A stretch of DNA of 64,000 bases from Candidatus Eutrophobius brisbanensis (GCA_038131795.1 JAYPQE010000003.1:424773-488772); one strand, 5' to 3'. Counted from the first letter of the stretch, positions 49,652-62,305 are shown. Numbers and translations are program-made. Notes: generated by a model from the sequence alone, not told the origin.

Positions 49652-51151
49652 ATGGGTATCCCCTCCATTGAATTAAACCGCAGGTTGTATACAGCCAGCA
49701 GTGTTCGTGAGCTGGATCGAATTGCCATACAGGAAGGAAATATTCCGGGTATTGAACTAATGCGTCGGGCGGGGCAGGCAGTATTTAATACTTTGGTAAA
49801 ACAATGGCCAAATGCCAGGCAGGTCCTCGTTATTTGTGGTGCAGGTAACAATGCAGGAGATGGTTATGTTATTGCCAGGCTTGCACACGAACACAAATTG
49901 AATGTGACAGTGGTATCGTTGGTATCGCCGGATAAATTAAAAAATGATGCATTGATTGCCGCCAATGAGTATTTGGAGTTGGGGTTGCAAACCACTGATT
50001 CCATCAATGGAATTGACATAAACAGTATGGATATCATTGTGGATGCCATCCTGGGTACAGGACTGGATCGTGATGTGGCAGGTGATTACCTCCAGGCGAT
50101 TAACCATATTAATGAATCTAATGTCCCGGTAATCTCAGTCGACATCCCCTCAGGGTTAAATGCGGATACCGGTAATGCCATGGGGAGCGCAGTTAAGGCG
50201 GACTGTACCGTTACCTTCATAGGACAAAAACAGGGATTATATACAGGTGAAGCGGCTGAATATTGTGGCGCGCGTATTTTTAAGGGATTGGATGTCCCAT
50301 CAGATGTCTACGAAGGAGTACAGGCAAATGCCGAACTGGTGGATCTGGAATTGTATGAATACTTATTGCAGCCACGGGCAAGGACAGGACATAAGGGGCA
50401 ATTTGGCCACGTCCTGGTTACCGGGGGAGATTATGGATTTGCAGGTGCGGTAAGAATGTGCGGTGAGGCTGCGGCGAGGACGGGGGCAGGACTGATCAGT
50501 ATTGCAACCCGCCCTGAACATGCCTATGCATTGCCGTTGGGATGTCCCGAATTGATGGCGTCTGCTGTCAATTCATCTGAAGAATTCATGCCATTACTGC
50601 ACAGGGCCTCTGTCATCGCAATTGGTCCTGGCCTTGGTCAATCACAATGGTCAGTTATATTATTAAACAAGTTGCTGGAATGTAATCTGCCATTAGTCGT
50701 CGATGCGGACGCCCTGAATCTGCTGGCAACTGAGCCAGTATCACGTCATGACTGGATATTAACTCCACATCCTGGTGAGGCTGCAAGGTTACTGGGGACC
50801 ACTGTCAGTGAAGTCCAGTCTGACCGAGTTGCTACAGCAAAATCTCTACAACAGCACTATGGCGGCGTCATCATTTTGAAAGGTCCGGGCACCATCATTG
50901 TCTCGTCTGATTCGGTACGTATCTGTAAAGATGGCAATCCTGGCATGGCTTCCGGTGGAATGGGGGATGTACTGACCGGGATCGTTTCCGGATTGGTTGC
51001 CCAGGGACTGTCTCTGCAGATGGCGGCCACGGTGGGTGTATGTCTCCATGCCCGGGCAGGGGACCTAAGTGCAAATCTGGAAGGTGAAAGGGGAATGATG
51101 GCGACGGACTTGCTGCCATTTATCCATAGACTGGTTAACCCTCATCAATGA
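49652..51151 (+). CDS. nnr: Bifunctional NAD(P)HX epimerase/dehydratase
   Basis: GAGNNAGDG, DAILGTG, VDIPSG, IGPGLG, DADAL, TPHPGEA and MASGGMGDVL. Confidence 0.95.
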   Translation: MGIPSIELNRRLYTASSVRELDRIAIQEGNIPGIELMRRAGQAVFNTLVKQWPNARQVLVICGAGNNAGDGYVIARLAHEHKLNVTVVSLVSPDKLKNDALIAANEYLELGLQTTDSINGIDINSMDIIVDAILGTGLDRDVAGDYLQAINHINESNVPVISVDIPSGLNADTGNAMGSAVKADCTVTFIGQKQGLYTGEAAEYCGARIFKGLDVPSDVYEGVQANAELVDLELYEYLLQPRARTGHKGQFGHVLVTGGDYGFAGAVRMCGEAAARTGAGLISIATRPEHAYALPLGCPELMASAVNSSEEFMPLLHRASVIAIGPGLGQSQWSVILLNKLLECNLPLVVDADALNLLATEPVSRHDWILTPHPGEAARLLGTTVSEVQSDRVATAKSLQQHYGGVIILKGPGTIIVSSDSVRICKDGNPGMASGGMGDVLTGIVSGLVAQGLSLQMAATVGVCLHARAGDLSANLEGERGMMATDLLPFIHRLVNPHQ

Positions 51152-51612
51152 TCTTAAAAATCGCTAGTACAGAGGAGATGGAAAGCCTTGGCTCCATCAT
51201 TGCCCAAAAGGTGGTACCGGGTTCACAGATCCACCTGTCAGGTCCCCTGGGGGCAGGTAAGACCACTTTGGTCAGAGGATTTTTAAGGGGATTTGACTAT
51301 GCAGGCAAGGTTAAAAGCCCGACATTTACTCTGGTAGAGCCATATGAATTTGATAATTTATGGATTTATCACTTTGACCTGTACCGTATTGAATCTCCCC
51401 TGGAACTGGATGCCATAGGCTTCAGGGAATATCCTGGCGCAGATAGTATTTGTTTGATTGAGTGGCCCGAAAAGGCCGGGACATACCTCAAAGACCCTGA
51501 TTTATTTATTAAAATCAAGATAATTGATGATGGTCGAGAAATTCAGGTCGAGGTAAGAACCAATGCCGGCCAGGCCATAATTAAAGAAGTTTCATCTGTA
51601 TTTAGTACATAA
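51148..51612 (+). CDS. tsaE: tRNA threonylcarbamoyladenosine biosynthesis ATPase TsaE
   Basis: GPLGAGKTT, VKSPTFTLVEPY, HFDLYR and IEWPE. Confidence 0.96.
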   Translation: MILKIASTEEMESLGSIIAQKVVPGSQIHLSGPLGAGKTTLVRGFLRGFDYAGKVKSPTFTLVEPYEFDNLWIYHFDLYRIESPLELDAIGFREYPGADSICLIEWPEKAGTYLKDPDLFIKIKIIDDGREIQVEVRTNAGQAIIKEVSSVFST

Positions 51613-51714
51613 TACTTTATATATTTGATATAAATCAGTAAGATAACTTGATTTTCTAATAAAAAATTGAAATTATTAGTGTAATCAGTATGAAATTAGG
51701 TAACAATTATTCAG

Positions 51715-53022
51715 ATGCGCAAAATAATCTGTATCATTTCAATAGTTTTTGCCTGTTCGGTATCTGCCGAGTCCGTGAATGTTGAAAATATCCGGATTTG
51801 GGCGGCACCGGAGAGCACCCGCATTGTATTTGACCTGACAGGTCCTGTAGACCATAAACTGGCAAATCTTACCGATCCATTCCGTACCGTCGTTGATATC
51901 GCCAATGCCAGGTTAAAGAATGACCTGGCACAACCCGTCAATGCTGATCGCTATCTCAGACGCCTGCGCAGCGCCAACCATGATGAAGACCTCAGGGTTG
52001 TGCTTGATCTGAAAAAATTTGCCATGACAAAAAGTTTTCAATTAGAACCCAATAAAACGTATGGCCACAGACTGGTCATTGACCTGTATAACGAAGAATC
52101 AGAGACCTCGGTGACAGAAGAAGTCATGGTGGAGAGTAATGACGCACTGTCAGCTCCCCGTGATGTTGTAATAGCCATTGATGCAGGGCATGGAGGTGAG
52201 GACCCGGGGTCTATCGGTGCAGCGGGTACCTATGAAAAAGATATTGCATTAATTCTGGCAAAAAAACTGGCAGATAAAATAAACCGGGTTCATGGTATGA
52301 AGGCTGTTCTCATCAGGGAAGGAGATTATTACGTCAGACTCAGAGACAGGATGAACAAAGCACGTCAATATAATGCCGATTTATTTGTTTCTGTGCATGC
52401 TGATGCATTCACTGATCCGAGAGTATCAGGTTCGTCCGTATATGTACTGTCTCAGAAAGGGGCCAGTAGTGAACACGCAAAATGGCTTGCTGAAAAGGAA
52501 AATGCATCAGATTTAATAGGTGGCGTTAAGCTGGAAGACAAGGATGATGTGCTGGCATCGGTTCTTTTGGATCTCTCACAAACTGCCAGTCTGGAGGCAA
52601 GCATCGATGTTGCCGACAGGATCCTGGGTGGATTAAAAAAAGTTGGTAAACTTCATAAAAGAAGGGTGGAATCTGCTGCATTTGCTGTGCTTAAATCACC
52701 TGATATCCCCTCTGTGCTGGTAGAAACCGCCTATATTTCAAACCCAACGGAAGAGAAACAGCTTAAAAACCCCAGTCATCAGGAGGCATTAACCAGTGCC
52801 ATCCTGTCCGGTTTAGAGGGCTATTTTCGTTCCTACCCACCAGACAATACCATCATTTCTCAATACCGTTCCCAGGAGTATGTGATTTCCAGGGGCGATA
52901 CCCTGTCAGAGATTGCCACCCGTCACCGGGTAAGCCTGCAAAGTCTCAGGCAGGCTAATGGTCTTCATTCAGACAAGATCCGCATTGGTCAGAAACTCGT
53001 TATCCCATTGACCGGCAGTTGA
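51715..53022 (+). CDS. amiB: N-acetylmuramoyl-L-alanine amidase (AMIN, Amidase_3 and LysM domains)
   Basis: Signal peptide; AIDAGHGGEDPG, FVSVHADA and FAVLKSPDIPSVLVET; C-terminal LysM; tsaE-ami-mutL synteny. Confidence 0.9.
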   Translation: MRKIICIISIVFACSVSAESVNVENIRIWAAPESTRIVFDLTGPVDHKLANLTDPFRTVVDIANARLKNDLAQPVNADRYLRRLRSANHDEDLRVVLDLKKFAMTKSFQLEPNKTYGHRLVIDLYNEESETSVTEEVMVESNDALSAPRDVVIAIDAGHGGEDPGSIGAAGTYEKDIALILAKKLADKINRVHGMKAVLIREGDYYVRLRDRMNKARQYNADLFVSVHADAFTDPRVSGSSVYVLSQKGASSEHAKWLAEKENASDLIGGVKLEDKDDVLASVLLDLSQTASLEASIDVADRILGGLKKVGKLHKRRVESAAFAVLKSPDIPSVLVETAYISNPTEEKQLKNPSHQEALTSAILSGLEGYFRSYPPDNTIISQYRSQEYVISRGDTLSEIATRHRVSLQSLRQANGLHSDKIRIGQKLVIPLTGS

Positions 53023-53114
53023 TTTATTAGCCGGGTTTTATTCGTCCCAAAATTTGTATCATCGATTTCGTAAAAGTACTTCACTGTATGCGAATGTGAC
53101 GTTAACCTTGTTTA

Positions 53115-54842
53115 ATGTCACAGAATAATCAGTTGCCCAGAATTTCAAGTTTAAACAGTACCCTCATCAATCAGATTGCGGCGGGAGAGGTCATTGAACG
53201 GCCTTCATCGGTTGTTAAAGAACTGGTTGAGAACGCCATTGATTCTGGTGCTGACAGGATAGATATATATATTGATCGGGGTGGGACAGAAAAAATACTG
53301 ATTAAAGATAATGGTTGTGGCATTCATCCAGATGATCTGGAACTGGCTATTCAAAGACATACCACCAGTAAACTCCGCGACCAGGAAGGTCTTAATGCAA
53401 TTCGTAGCCTTGGATTCAGAGGGGAGGCATTGTCCAGTATTGCAGCCATATCAGATTTCTCTATTGTCTCCAGAATTCCCACGGCTGAACATGCTGTAAA
53501 ACTGGAGTTTGACCCGTATACTTCCAGGTCCAGGATCTCACCTGCATCAGCGAATGTTGGCACCACGGTAGAAGTGATTAAATTATTTCAACCTGTACCG
53601 GTCCGAAGAAAATTCCTACGCTCACCGAAAACAGAATATCTACACGTTTTTGAAGTGTTAAAACGACTTGCACTGAGTCATTATGAAATTGATTTCAGGT
53701 TTTATCACAATGGCAAACAAAAGCTTTATTGTCCGGCCAGTCATCAAAAATACGATGACAGAATAGCATCCGTGCTGGATAGACCGTTCTACAACAATGC
53801 ATGGTTTATTGATGGGAGTATCCAGGATATCAAGGTCTGGGGGTGGTTGGGAAATGCAAAAACCGCCAGGAATCAGTCTGACAGACAATACCTTTTCTTA
53901 AATGGTCGAATTATCAAGGACAAGCATATTAGTCATGCCATTCGTAAAGCAATGGAATCGGTTATGCATGAATCTCGATACCCCAGTTATATCATTTATC
54001 TGGATGTCGATCCCGCAATTGTTGATGTAAACGTTCACCCGACGAAACAAGAGGTCAGGTTCCGTTCGCCACGGACTGTCCACGATTTTATTTATGCGCT
54101 TATAAGTGATTTGATCAGGCAACATACACAGGCAGGATCATTAGTGGACACAGATAACGTATTGCAGAAAGATCAGCCTGAAAGGATAAATACATCGCTA
54201 AAAATTAATGATCTACCAAATGAATATTCAGTCAGCGATTTAAATTTAAGCGAAAATAGTGAAGACCTTAATCACTTAGGTATACCGGTTATGATCTTGC
54301 CGGGGAATATTCTCATCACCAGGCGAGGCGATGAACTCAGGATCATTGATTTTGCCAACCTGACCAGGCACTACTTGTTGGAGTCGTTGTCTGAACAAAT
54401 AGAGCAATCAAAGCTTAAACCACGACCGTTACTTGTACCGGTTAACTTCACATTTAGTGATGAACAAATCCATGTGGTGATTGATAATAGCGCAAAATTG
54501 GAACAATTAGGGTTTGAGGTCACCCCGTCCGGACCAAACACCATCCTGGTGCGTTCGGTTCCGTCCTCATTACCTGATGTGGATATTGAGCAGGTCCTCC
54601 ATAAGTTCATAAATACATTTCAACAGGGTGTTAATGACACGGGTAGCGCCTTGATGGAAGTGCTGAGTGCGATGGTGGAATATACAGCTATGGATTACTC
54701 ATTTACTTCTCTGAGTGAGATCAAGTCAATCTTGAAACGTTATACTTCTCTGGGGTTGCCGTTTTTACAGAAGAATTTAAAAGGCTACTGGCGAACCATT
54801 AACAGTCAGGAATTATTACAGATACTTAATGATGGGAAATAA
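53115..54842 (+). CDS. mutL: DNA mismatch repair protein MutL
   Basis: NQIAAGEVIERP, GFRGEAL.SI and VDVNVHPTK.EVRF; divergent C-terminal domain. Confidence 0.95.
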   Translation: MSQNNQLPRISSLNSTLINQIAAGEVIERPSSVVKELVENAIDSGADRIDIYIDRGGTEKILIKDNGCGIHPDDLELAIQRHTTSKLRDQEGLNAIRSLGFRGEALSSIAAISDFSIVSRIPTAEHAVKLEFDPYTSRSRISPASANVGTTVEVIKLFQPVPVRRKFLRSPKTEYLHVFEVLKRLALSHYEIDFRFYHNGKQKLYCPASHQKYDDRIASVLDRPFYNNAWFIDGSIQDIKVWGWLGNAKTARNQSDRQYLFLNGRIIKDKHISHAIRKAMESVMHESRYPSYIIYLDVDPAIVDVNVHPTKQEVRFRSPRTVHDFIYALISDLIRQHTQAGSLVDTDNVLQKDQPERINTSLKINDLPNEYSVSDLNLSENSEDLNHLGIPVMILPGNILITRRGDELRIIDFANLTRHYLLESLSEQIEQSKLKPRPLLVPVNFTFSDEQIHVVIDNSAKLEQLGFEVTPSGPNTILVRSVPSSLPDVDIEQVLHKFINTFQQGVNDTGSALMEVLSAMVEYTAMDYSFTSLSEIKSILKRYTSLGLPFLQKNLKGYWRTINSQELLQILNDGK

Positions 54843-55791
54843 TGCCTCAAACGAAAGTCCAGTCGTATTTTTGATGGGGCCAACGGCAACAGGAAAAACA
54901 CGCCTGGCGGCTGAATTAGTTCAGCACCTACCACTTGATATTATCAGTGTAGATTCTGCCATGGTGTATCGGGGTATGGATATTGGTACCGCAAAACCGG
55001 ACAAGACGATTTTACAAAGTGCCCCACATCGGTTAATCAATATCTGTGATCCAACAGAGCGCTATTCAGCGGGTAATTTTGTTGCCGATGCCAGACGGGA
55101 AATGGAACAGGTATATGCGGCCGGAAAAATTCCATTACTGGTGGGAGGTACGGGCCTGTATTTTCGAAGTTTGGAAAAAGGGTTTTCAGTATTACCCGCA
55201 GCAGATCCTGTTATACGTGAACGCTTAACTTCACAATTACAGGAAAAAGGCCTGCAATATCTGTATGACCGTTTAATCGCGGTGGATCCGGAGTCAGCAG
55301 AGCGGATCAATAAAAATGATCCGCAGCGAATACAACGGGCCCTGGAAATCTATGAGGCTACGGGGACACCGGCCTCTAAATGGTACGCAAAGGGGCGTAT
55401 ACAGCAGATGGAGCACCCTGTTGTGAAAATTGTCGTAGCGCCTCAGGAACGGTCTGTATTGCATAATAGAATTGATCAACGATTCCTGAAAATGCTGGAA
55501 TCGGGCCTGGTGGAGGAAGTCAAAGCCCTCAGGCAACGCGGTGACCTTCATGTCGGTTTGCCGTCCATGCGTCTGGTGGGCTACCGTCAGGTATGGCAAT
55601 ATCTGGATGGAGAATACTCATATAAGCAAATGATAAATAAGGGTATTATTGCTACCCGGCAACTGGCAAAAAGGCAATTTACCTGGTTGAGAAAAGAAGA
55701 AAATGCTCACTGGGTAGATAGTGAACAGCCAAAATTGTCACAATATTTACAAAATTATATTGAGTCCCGTGCACTCTATAATGGCTCATAG
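54829..55791 (+). CDS. miaA: tRNA dimethylallyltransferase
   Basis: [34 protein letters not shown] and [10 protein letters not shown]. Confidence 0.97.
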   Translation: MMGNNASNESPVVFLMGPTATGKTRLAAELVQHLPLDIISVDSAMVYRGMDIGTAKPDKTILQSAPHRLINICDPTERYSAGNFVADARREMEQVYAAGKIPLLVGGTGLYFRSLEKGFSVLPAADPVIRERLTSQLQEKGLQYLYDRLIAVDPESAERINKNDPQRIQRALEIYEATGTPASKWYAKGRIQQMEHPVVKIVVAPQERSVLHNRIDQRFLKMLESGLVEEVKALRQRGDLHVGLPSMRLVGYRQVWQYLDGEYSYKQMINKGIIATRQLAKRQFTWLRKEENAHWVDSEQPKLSQYLQNYIESRALYNGS

Positions 55792-55889
55792 TAAACTACA
55801 GCCTATTGAGGAGTAGGCGGGTCAGGGACAGACGTCATGGAAGAAACACGAATAACTATAACGAAATAAAGAAAAAAAGGAGAACCAAC

Positions 55890-56132
55890 ATGAGTAAGGG
55901 GCATACATTGCAGGATCCCTTTCTTAATGCATTACGTAAGGACAGAATCCCGGTTGCAATATATCTGGTCAATGGAATCAAGTTACAGGGACAGGTTGAG
56001 TCGTTTGATCAATTTGTTATTTTACTTCGAAATTCTGTCAATCAGCTGGTCTATAAACATGCGGTCTCTACGATCGTCCCCACCCGTAATGTTAAGATGC
56101 CCAGGCCAGATGAGGATGGTGACAACATTTGA
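55890..56132 (+). CDS. hfq: RNA chaperone Hfq
   Basis: [35 protein letters not shown]; start at ATG 55890 after SD AGGAG. Confidence 0.97.
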   Translation: MSKGHTLQDPFLNALRKDRIPVAIYLVNGIKLQGQVESFDQFVILLRNSVNQLVYKHAVSTIVPTRNVKMPRPDEDGDNI

Positions 56133-56156
56133 TTCATATAAAGGGCTTTAACTGAT

Positions 56157-57437
56157 TTGACTGAGGTTGATGCAGCTGAGGTCAAACGCGCAGTACTAGT
56201 TAATATTGACTTCAATACGCCGCGGTTTGATGAAGAACTGGATGAATTTGTCCAGCTTGTAGAATCAACCGGATTGACGCCTGAAATTGTCTTTGGAGGT
56301 CACAGAGACAGGCCTGATGCCCGGTTATTTATCGGCAAAGGCAAGGTGGCTGAAATTGCCGATTTCATCAGTGCCAACGATATTGACCTGGTCATTTTCA
56401 ATCATGAGCTCACCCCGGCACAGGAACGTAATCTTGAAAAAGAATTGAAGTGTCGGGTCCTGGACAGGGTTGGTTTGATTCTCGATATTTTTGCCCTCAG
56501 GGCCAGAAGCTATGAGGGTAAGTTGCAGGTTGAACTGGCCCAGTTGCAACACCTTTCCACACGGTTGGTCAGGGGGTGGACCCACCTTGAGAGGCAGAAA
56601 GGTGGTATTGGACTGAGAGGTCCGGGGGAAACCCAGCTGGAAACTGACCGCCGATTAATTGGTAATCGCATCAAGGCCATTAATAACCGGTTGAGCAGGG
56701 TCAGAAGCCAACGTCATCAGGGACGAAAATGGCGGAAACGCTCAGGTGTCCCCGTGGTGTCGTTAGTGGGCTATACCAATGCCGGTAAATCGACTTTGTT
56801 TAACAGGTTAAGTGGGGCTAGCGTTTATACAGCCGATAAACTGTTTGCCACACTGGACCCGACATTGCGACAGGTCGAACTAATTCCGGGTACTAAAATC
56901 ATATTAAGTGATACGGTGGGTTTTATCCGGCATATTCCCCATGATCTGATTCAGGCATTTCATGCAACACTGGAAGAGGTCAAATCTGCCGATCTGTTAT
57001 TGCATGTGGTGGATGTCAATGATGAACAACGTGATGATCATATCGAGCAGGTGAATTCCGTAATCAAGCAGATCGAGGCTGATGAGGTACCTCAGATTAT
57101 GGTCTTTAACAAGATAGACATGTCGGATACGGTACTTGCTCATACCATAGAGAACCCGGGAGGAATGCCGAAGTGCTGGATTTCGGCACATACCGGGGAA
57201 GGACTGGAGCAACTCAGGGAGTTAATCGGCAGAAATATAAAACCGAAAAAGCATATATTTAAAGTGCATGTGCCGGCTGAGGGCGGTAAATTACGTGCCA
57301 GTTTGTTTGAAAAGGGTGCAGTAAAGCATGAGGTCCTGGATGGTGAAGGTGGCTGGCTGATTGATGTCAGTATAGATCAGCCTTCATTGGAGAAAATCTT
57401 TAGGGATAATGGCAGTGAGTTATCTATGATCCAGTAA
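56157..57437 (+). CDS. hflX: Ribosome rescue GTPase HflX
   Basis: GPGETQLETDRR, GYTNAGKST, LFATLD, DTVGF and NKID. Confidence 0.96.
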   Translation: MTEVDAAEVKRAVLVNIDFNTPRFDEELDEFVQLVESTGLTPEIVFGGHRDRPDARLFIGKGKVAEIADFISANDIDLVIFNHELTPAQERNLEKELKCRVLDRVGLILDIFALRARSYEGKLQVELAQLQHLSTRLVRGWTHLERQKGGIGLRGPGETQLETDRRLIGNRIKAINNRLSRVRSQRHQGRKWRKRSGVPVVSLVGYTNAGKSTLFNRLSGASVYTADKLFATLDPTLRQVELIPGTKIILSDTVGFIRHIPHDLIQAFHATLEEVKSADLLLHVVDVNDEQRDDHIEQVNSVIKQIEADEVPQIMVFNKIDMSDTVLAHTIENPGGMPKCWISAHTGEGLEQLRELIGRNIKPKKHIFKVHVPAEGGKLRASLFEKGAVKHEVLDGEGGWLIDVSIDQPSLEKIFRDNGSELSMIQ

Positions 57438-57517
57438 AATCTGCTGGATAATGTGTTACGATTACTGAATGATAATAATCACAATCGAGCATTGCTCGTA
57501 TATTTTGGAGTTTAAAA

Positions 57518-58681
57518 ATGGGTTGGAATGAACCTGGTGGTAATAATAAAGATAAAGACCCCTGGAACAAGGGTCCCGGGGGTGGCGATGAAGGGCCTCC
57601 GGATCTGGATGAAATTGTAAAAAAGATGCAGGAAGGTCTGGGAGGTATCTTTGGCCGGAAATCTCCTTCATCCATAGGTGGAGGCAATAATGCATCTCCA
57701 ATGCTCATATTGGGTATCCTGGCAGTTTTAACAGCTATGCTGGTATATGATATTACCTATACAATCGATCAGCAGGAACGAGGCGTGGTCATGCGTTTTG
57801 GTCAATATATTAAAACCATGCAGCCGGGTCTGAATTTTGCCCTCCCCAGTTTTATCGATGAAGTTGAACGAGTGAATGTTGGGCAGGTACGCTCTATTCA
57901 ACATAATACCTCCATGCTAACTCAGGATGAGAACATCGTTGATGTAGAAGTTGCCGTACAGTGGCGCATAAGCGAACCGTCTGATTTTCTGTTTAATGTA
58001 GTGATGCCAGAGATAACCTTGCAACAGGTGGCCGAAAGTGCCGTTAGAAGTGTTATTGGTAAAAGTACCCTGGATTTTGTACTCACCGAAGGGCGTAGTG
58101 ATGTTGCCCAAAATCAGGAAACGCTGATGCAGCAGATATTAACGGATTACAATGCTGGTATTTTAATCGTTAAGGTAGACATGCAGACTGCAAAGCCGCC
58201 AGAGCCAGTGAAAGCGGCATTTGATGATGCCATCAAGGCCCGAGAAGATGAGCAACGTCTGGTCAATGAAGCTGAAGCATATAGAAATGAAATAATTCCC
58301 CAGGCAAGGGGGCAGGCTGCCAGGGTGAGGGAGCAGGCGAATGGCTATAAGGCTAGGGTCATTGCAGAAGCTGAAGGTAATGCCGCCAGGTTTGAACAAT
58401 TACTTACTGAATATGAACGTGCCCCTGCTGTGACCCGGGAACGGTTATACCTGGAGACCATGCAGCAGGTATTGTCGAATACGAATAAGGTACTGCTCGA
58501 TTCTGAAGGAAATAACAGCCTGATGTATCTGCCTATAGACAAAATTCTTGAGAACAATAACCGTAGCAGCGGTTCACTCAGTACTAAGCCCGTTGAAGCA
58601 CCTCTATCCGGTTCATCAACATTTCAGGCACCTCAAAATCAGTATGACAGGTCCAACAGTAGAGACAGGGGAGTAAGATAA
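57518..58681 (+). CDS. hflK: FtsH modulator HflK
   Basis: MGWNEPG..DPW..GPPDLDE N-terminus; SPFH domain; AP.VTRERLYLETM. Confidence 0.96.
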   Translation: MGWNEPGGNNKDKDPWNKGPGGGDEGPPDLDEIVKKMQEGLGGIFGRKSPSSIGGGNNASPMLILGILAVLTAMLVYDITYTIDQQERGVVMRFGQYIKTMQPGLNFALPSFIDEVERVNVGQVRSIQHNTSMLTQDENIVDVEVAVQWRISEPSDFLFNVVMPEITLQQVAESAVRSVIGKSTLDFVLTEGRSDVAQNQETLMQQILTDYNAGILIVKVDMQTAKPPEPVKAAFDDAIKAREDEQRLVNEAEAYRNEIIPQARGQAARVREQANGYKARVIAEAEGNAARFEQLLTEYERAPAVTRERLYLETMQQVLSNTNKVLLDSEGNNSLMYLPIDKILENNNRSSGSLSTKPVEAPLSGSSTFQAPQNQYDRSNSRDRGVR

Positions 58682-59550
58682 TGGCATTTATTAGAGCGTT
58701 AATTCCGGTCGTGGTCATCGTTATTATTCTTGCTTATTTCTCAATGTTTCGGGTCTTCCAATATGAACAGGCCATTGTATTCAAGTTCAGAGAAATTCAG
58801 GATACGGTGGAAGAGCCTGGTCTGCATTTCATTATTCCGTGGATCAACACCTATCAGAAATTTGAAACTCGATTGCTGAATTTTGACCAGGAAGAGCAAC
58901 GATTTTTGACCGTAGAAAAGAAAGACGTCCTGGTGGATTATTATGTTAAATGGCGAATCTCGAACGTCGAGGAATTTTATACGGCCACCCGCGGCGGTGA
59001 TATTCAGTATGCAAATGGACTGTTAGGACAACGTATCAATCGTGCACTCAGGGATGAATTTGGTAAAAGGACTGTGCAGGAAGTGGTTGCAGGGGCCCGG
59101 GGGGAGATACTGGATATTGTCCAGTCCACCACAGAAATGGTGCAACGTGAGTTAGGTATAGATGTGGTCGATGTCAGGACCAAGAAAATTGACTTGCCAC
59201 AGGAAGTCAGTTCCTCAGTTTATGACAGGATGAGGGCAGAGCGGACCCGTGTTGCCAAGGATTTCAGGGCAAGGGGAGGCGAGGCTGCTGAAAGGATACG
59301 TGCCAATGCTGATAGAGAACAGGAGATTATCCTGGCCAATGCCTATCGTGATGCTGAGACTATTCGCGGTGAAGGAGATGCCCAGGCCACGGAAATCTAT
59401 GCCTCTGCGTATGGGAAAGATCAGGACTTTTTCGCCTTTTATCGAAGCCTGATTGCATATCAGAACAGCTTCATTGGAAATAGTGATATCATGATTCTAA
59501 AGCCTGATTCGGAATTTTTTAAATACTTCAGAGGACAGCAGGGAAGATAA
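58681..59550 (+). CDS. hflC: FtsH modulator HflC
   Basis: N-terminal TM; EPGLHF, VYDRMRAER, RGEGDA and FFAFYRSL.AY. Confidence 0.96.
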   Translation: MAFIRALIPVVVIVIILAYFSMFRVFQYEQAIVFKFREIQDTVEEPGLHFIIPWINTYQKFETRLLNFDQEEQRFLTVEKKDVLVDYYVKWRISNVEEFYTATRGGDIQYANGLLGQRINRALRDEFGKRTVQEVVAGARGEILDIVQSTTEMVQRELGIDVVDVRTKKIDLPQEVSSSVYDRMRAERTRVAKDFRARGGEAAERIRANADREQEIILANAYRDAETIRGEGDAQATEIYASAYGKDQDFFAFYRSLIAYQNSFIGNSDIMILKPDSEFFKYFRGQQGR

Positions 59551-59594
59551 CTATCACAATAATCTCACCGGATAATCGTCTGCAAAAATAAACA

Positions 59595-59780
59595 ATGTGG
59601 ACTGATATATTAACCGCGTTGGCGCTGGTATTTATACTTGAAGGGATCATACCGTTTTTAAACCCAGATGGCATTCGAAAGATGTTTTTAATGGCATCCC
59701 AATTGAATAATACCAGTCTGAGATTCATGGGATTAACAAGTATGTTGTTGGGGTTAATATTTTTATATTTGGTTCGTTAG
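59595..59780 (+). CDS. yjeT: DUF2065 small membrane protein
   Basis: ALALVFILEGI.PF..P...LR..GL pattern; position after hflC. Confidence 0.88.
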   Translation: MWTDILTALALVFILEGIIPFLNPDGIRKMFLMASQLNNTSLRFMGLTSMLLGLIFLYLVR

Positions 59781-59781
59781 C

Positions 59782-60966
59782 ATGTCTGAAAGTAAATCAT
59801 GGATATTACCAGAAGGAATAGAAGAGGTGCTTCCACCACAGGCATATCATCTTGAACTTCTGTCGCGCAAAATTATTGATCAGTTTGATAGCTGGGGCTA
59901 TGAACTGGTCATGCCTCCACTTATTGAATATCTGGAATCATTACTTACCGGTACCGGTAAAGATCTTGATCTAAAGACCTTCAAAATTACAGACCAGATC
60001 TCCGGGCGATTAATGGGAATCCGTGCGGACATGACACCGCAGGTTGCTCGGATAGATAGTAGCCTGTTGAAGCGAGAGGTACCGGTCAGATTATCTTATC
60101 TGGGTACGGTATTGCATACCCGTACGCGCACCCTGGGTGGAACCAGGGCACCCATGCAAATAGGTGCAGAACTATACGGACATGCTGGTGTGGAAAGCGA
60201 TGCAGAAATACTCTCTCTGATGTTAATGACCCTGCAAACCGCGGGTGTTAGAAACGTCTATGTAGATATTGGCCATATGGGTATCTACCGTCGGATGATG
60301 CAATTATTGAATGTGACTGCAGAGCAGGAAGCGCAGATATTTTCTTTGTTACAGAAAAAAGCCGGCTCGGAACTGGATAGTGAAATGAAGTCATGGGGTG
60401 TAACAACAAAGCTTCATGATACAGTTTTGTCACTGATGAATTTATATGGGGACGACAAGGTTTTTTATGAGGCCCGCCAACTGTTTAATAATATTGATGA
60501 GACCATCATCAATTGTATTGATGAGCTGGAAAAAATTGCTGAGTTAACACAAAAGCATGTTAAGGATGCATCCTTAATGTACGATCTGTCTGATCTTGGA
60601 GGATATAATTATCACAACGGGATGATGTTTACTGCCTATACACAAGGCCAGGGACAGGGGATAGCCTTTGGTGGACGTTATGACGGTATAGGGAAAGAAT
60701 TTGGTCGGTCGAGATCTGCAACAGGTTTTAGTTCCGATGTGAAATTGCTCAATGAACTGAGTCATCATCCATCTCTAGAGGCTTCTGCCATTTTTGCACC
60801 CAGCTCCGACGTGCCAGGTTTGCATGATGCAGTGAATGATTTACGGAAACAGGGAGAAAAAGTCATTTATCAGTTGTCTGGCCAGACAGGTGATGCAAAG
60901 ACAATGGGGTGTGACAGGGAATTATATCTGGACAGCGGTCGATGGCGGGTTCGCGACCTGTCGTAA
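59782..60966 (+). CDS. hisZ: ATP phosphoribosyltransferase regulatory subunit
   Basis: WILPEGIEEVLP, RADMTPQVARID, QIGAELYG and GGRYD; upstream of purA. Confidence 0.94.
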   Translation: MSESKSWILPEGIEEVLPPQAYHLELLSRKIIDQFDSWGYELVMPPLIEYLESLLTGTGKDLDLKTFKITDQISGRLMGIRADMTPQVARIDSSLLKREVPVRLSYLGTVLHTRTRTLGGTRAPMQIGAELYGHAGVESDAEILSLMLMTLQTAGVRNVYVDIGHMGIYRRMMQLLNVTAEQEAQIFSLLQKKAGSELDSEMKSWGVTTKLHDTVLSLMNLYGDDKVFYEARQLFNNIDETIINCIDELEKIAELTQKHVKDASLMYDLSDLGGYNYHNGMMFTAYTQGQGQGIAFGGRYDGIGKEFGRSRSATGFSSDVKLLNELSHHPSLEASAIFAPSSDVPGLHDAVNDLRKQGEKVIYQLSGQTGDAKTMGCDRELYLDSGRWRVRDLS

Positions 60967-61009
60967 GTCATACGTTATACGAAACCAGTAATCACTGAAG
61001 AGAAAATAA

Positions 61010-62305
<1,296 letters not shown>

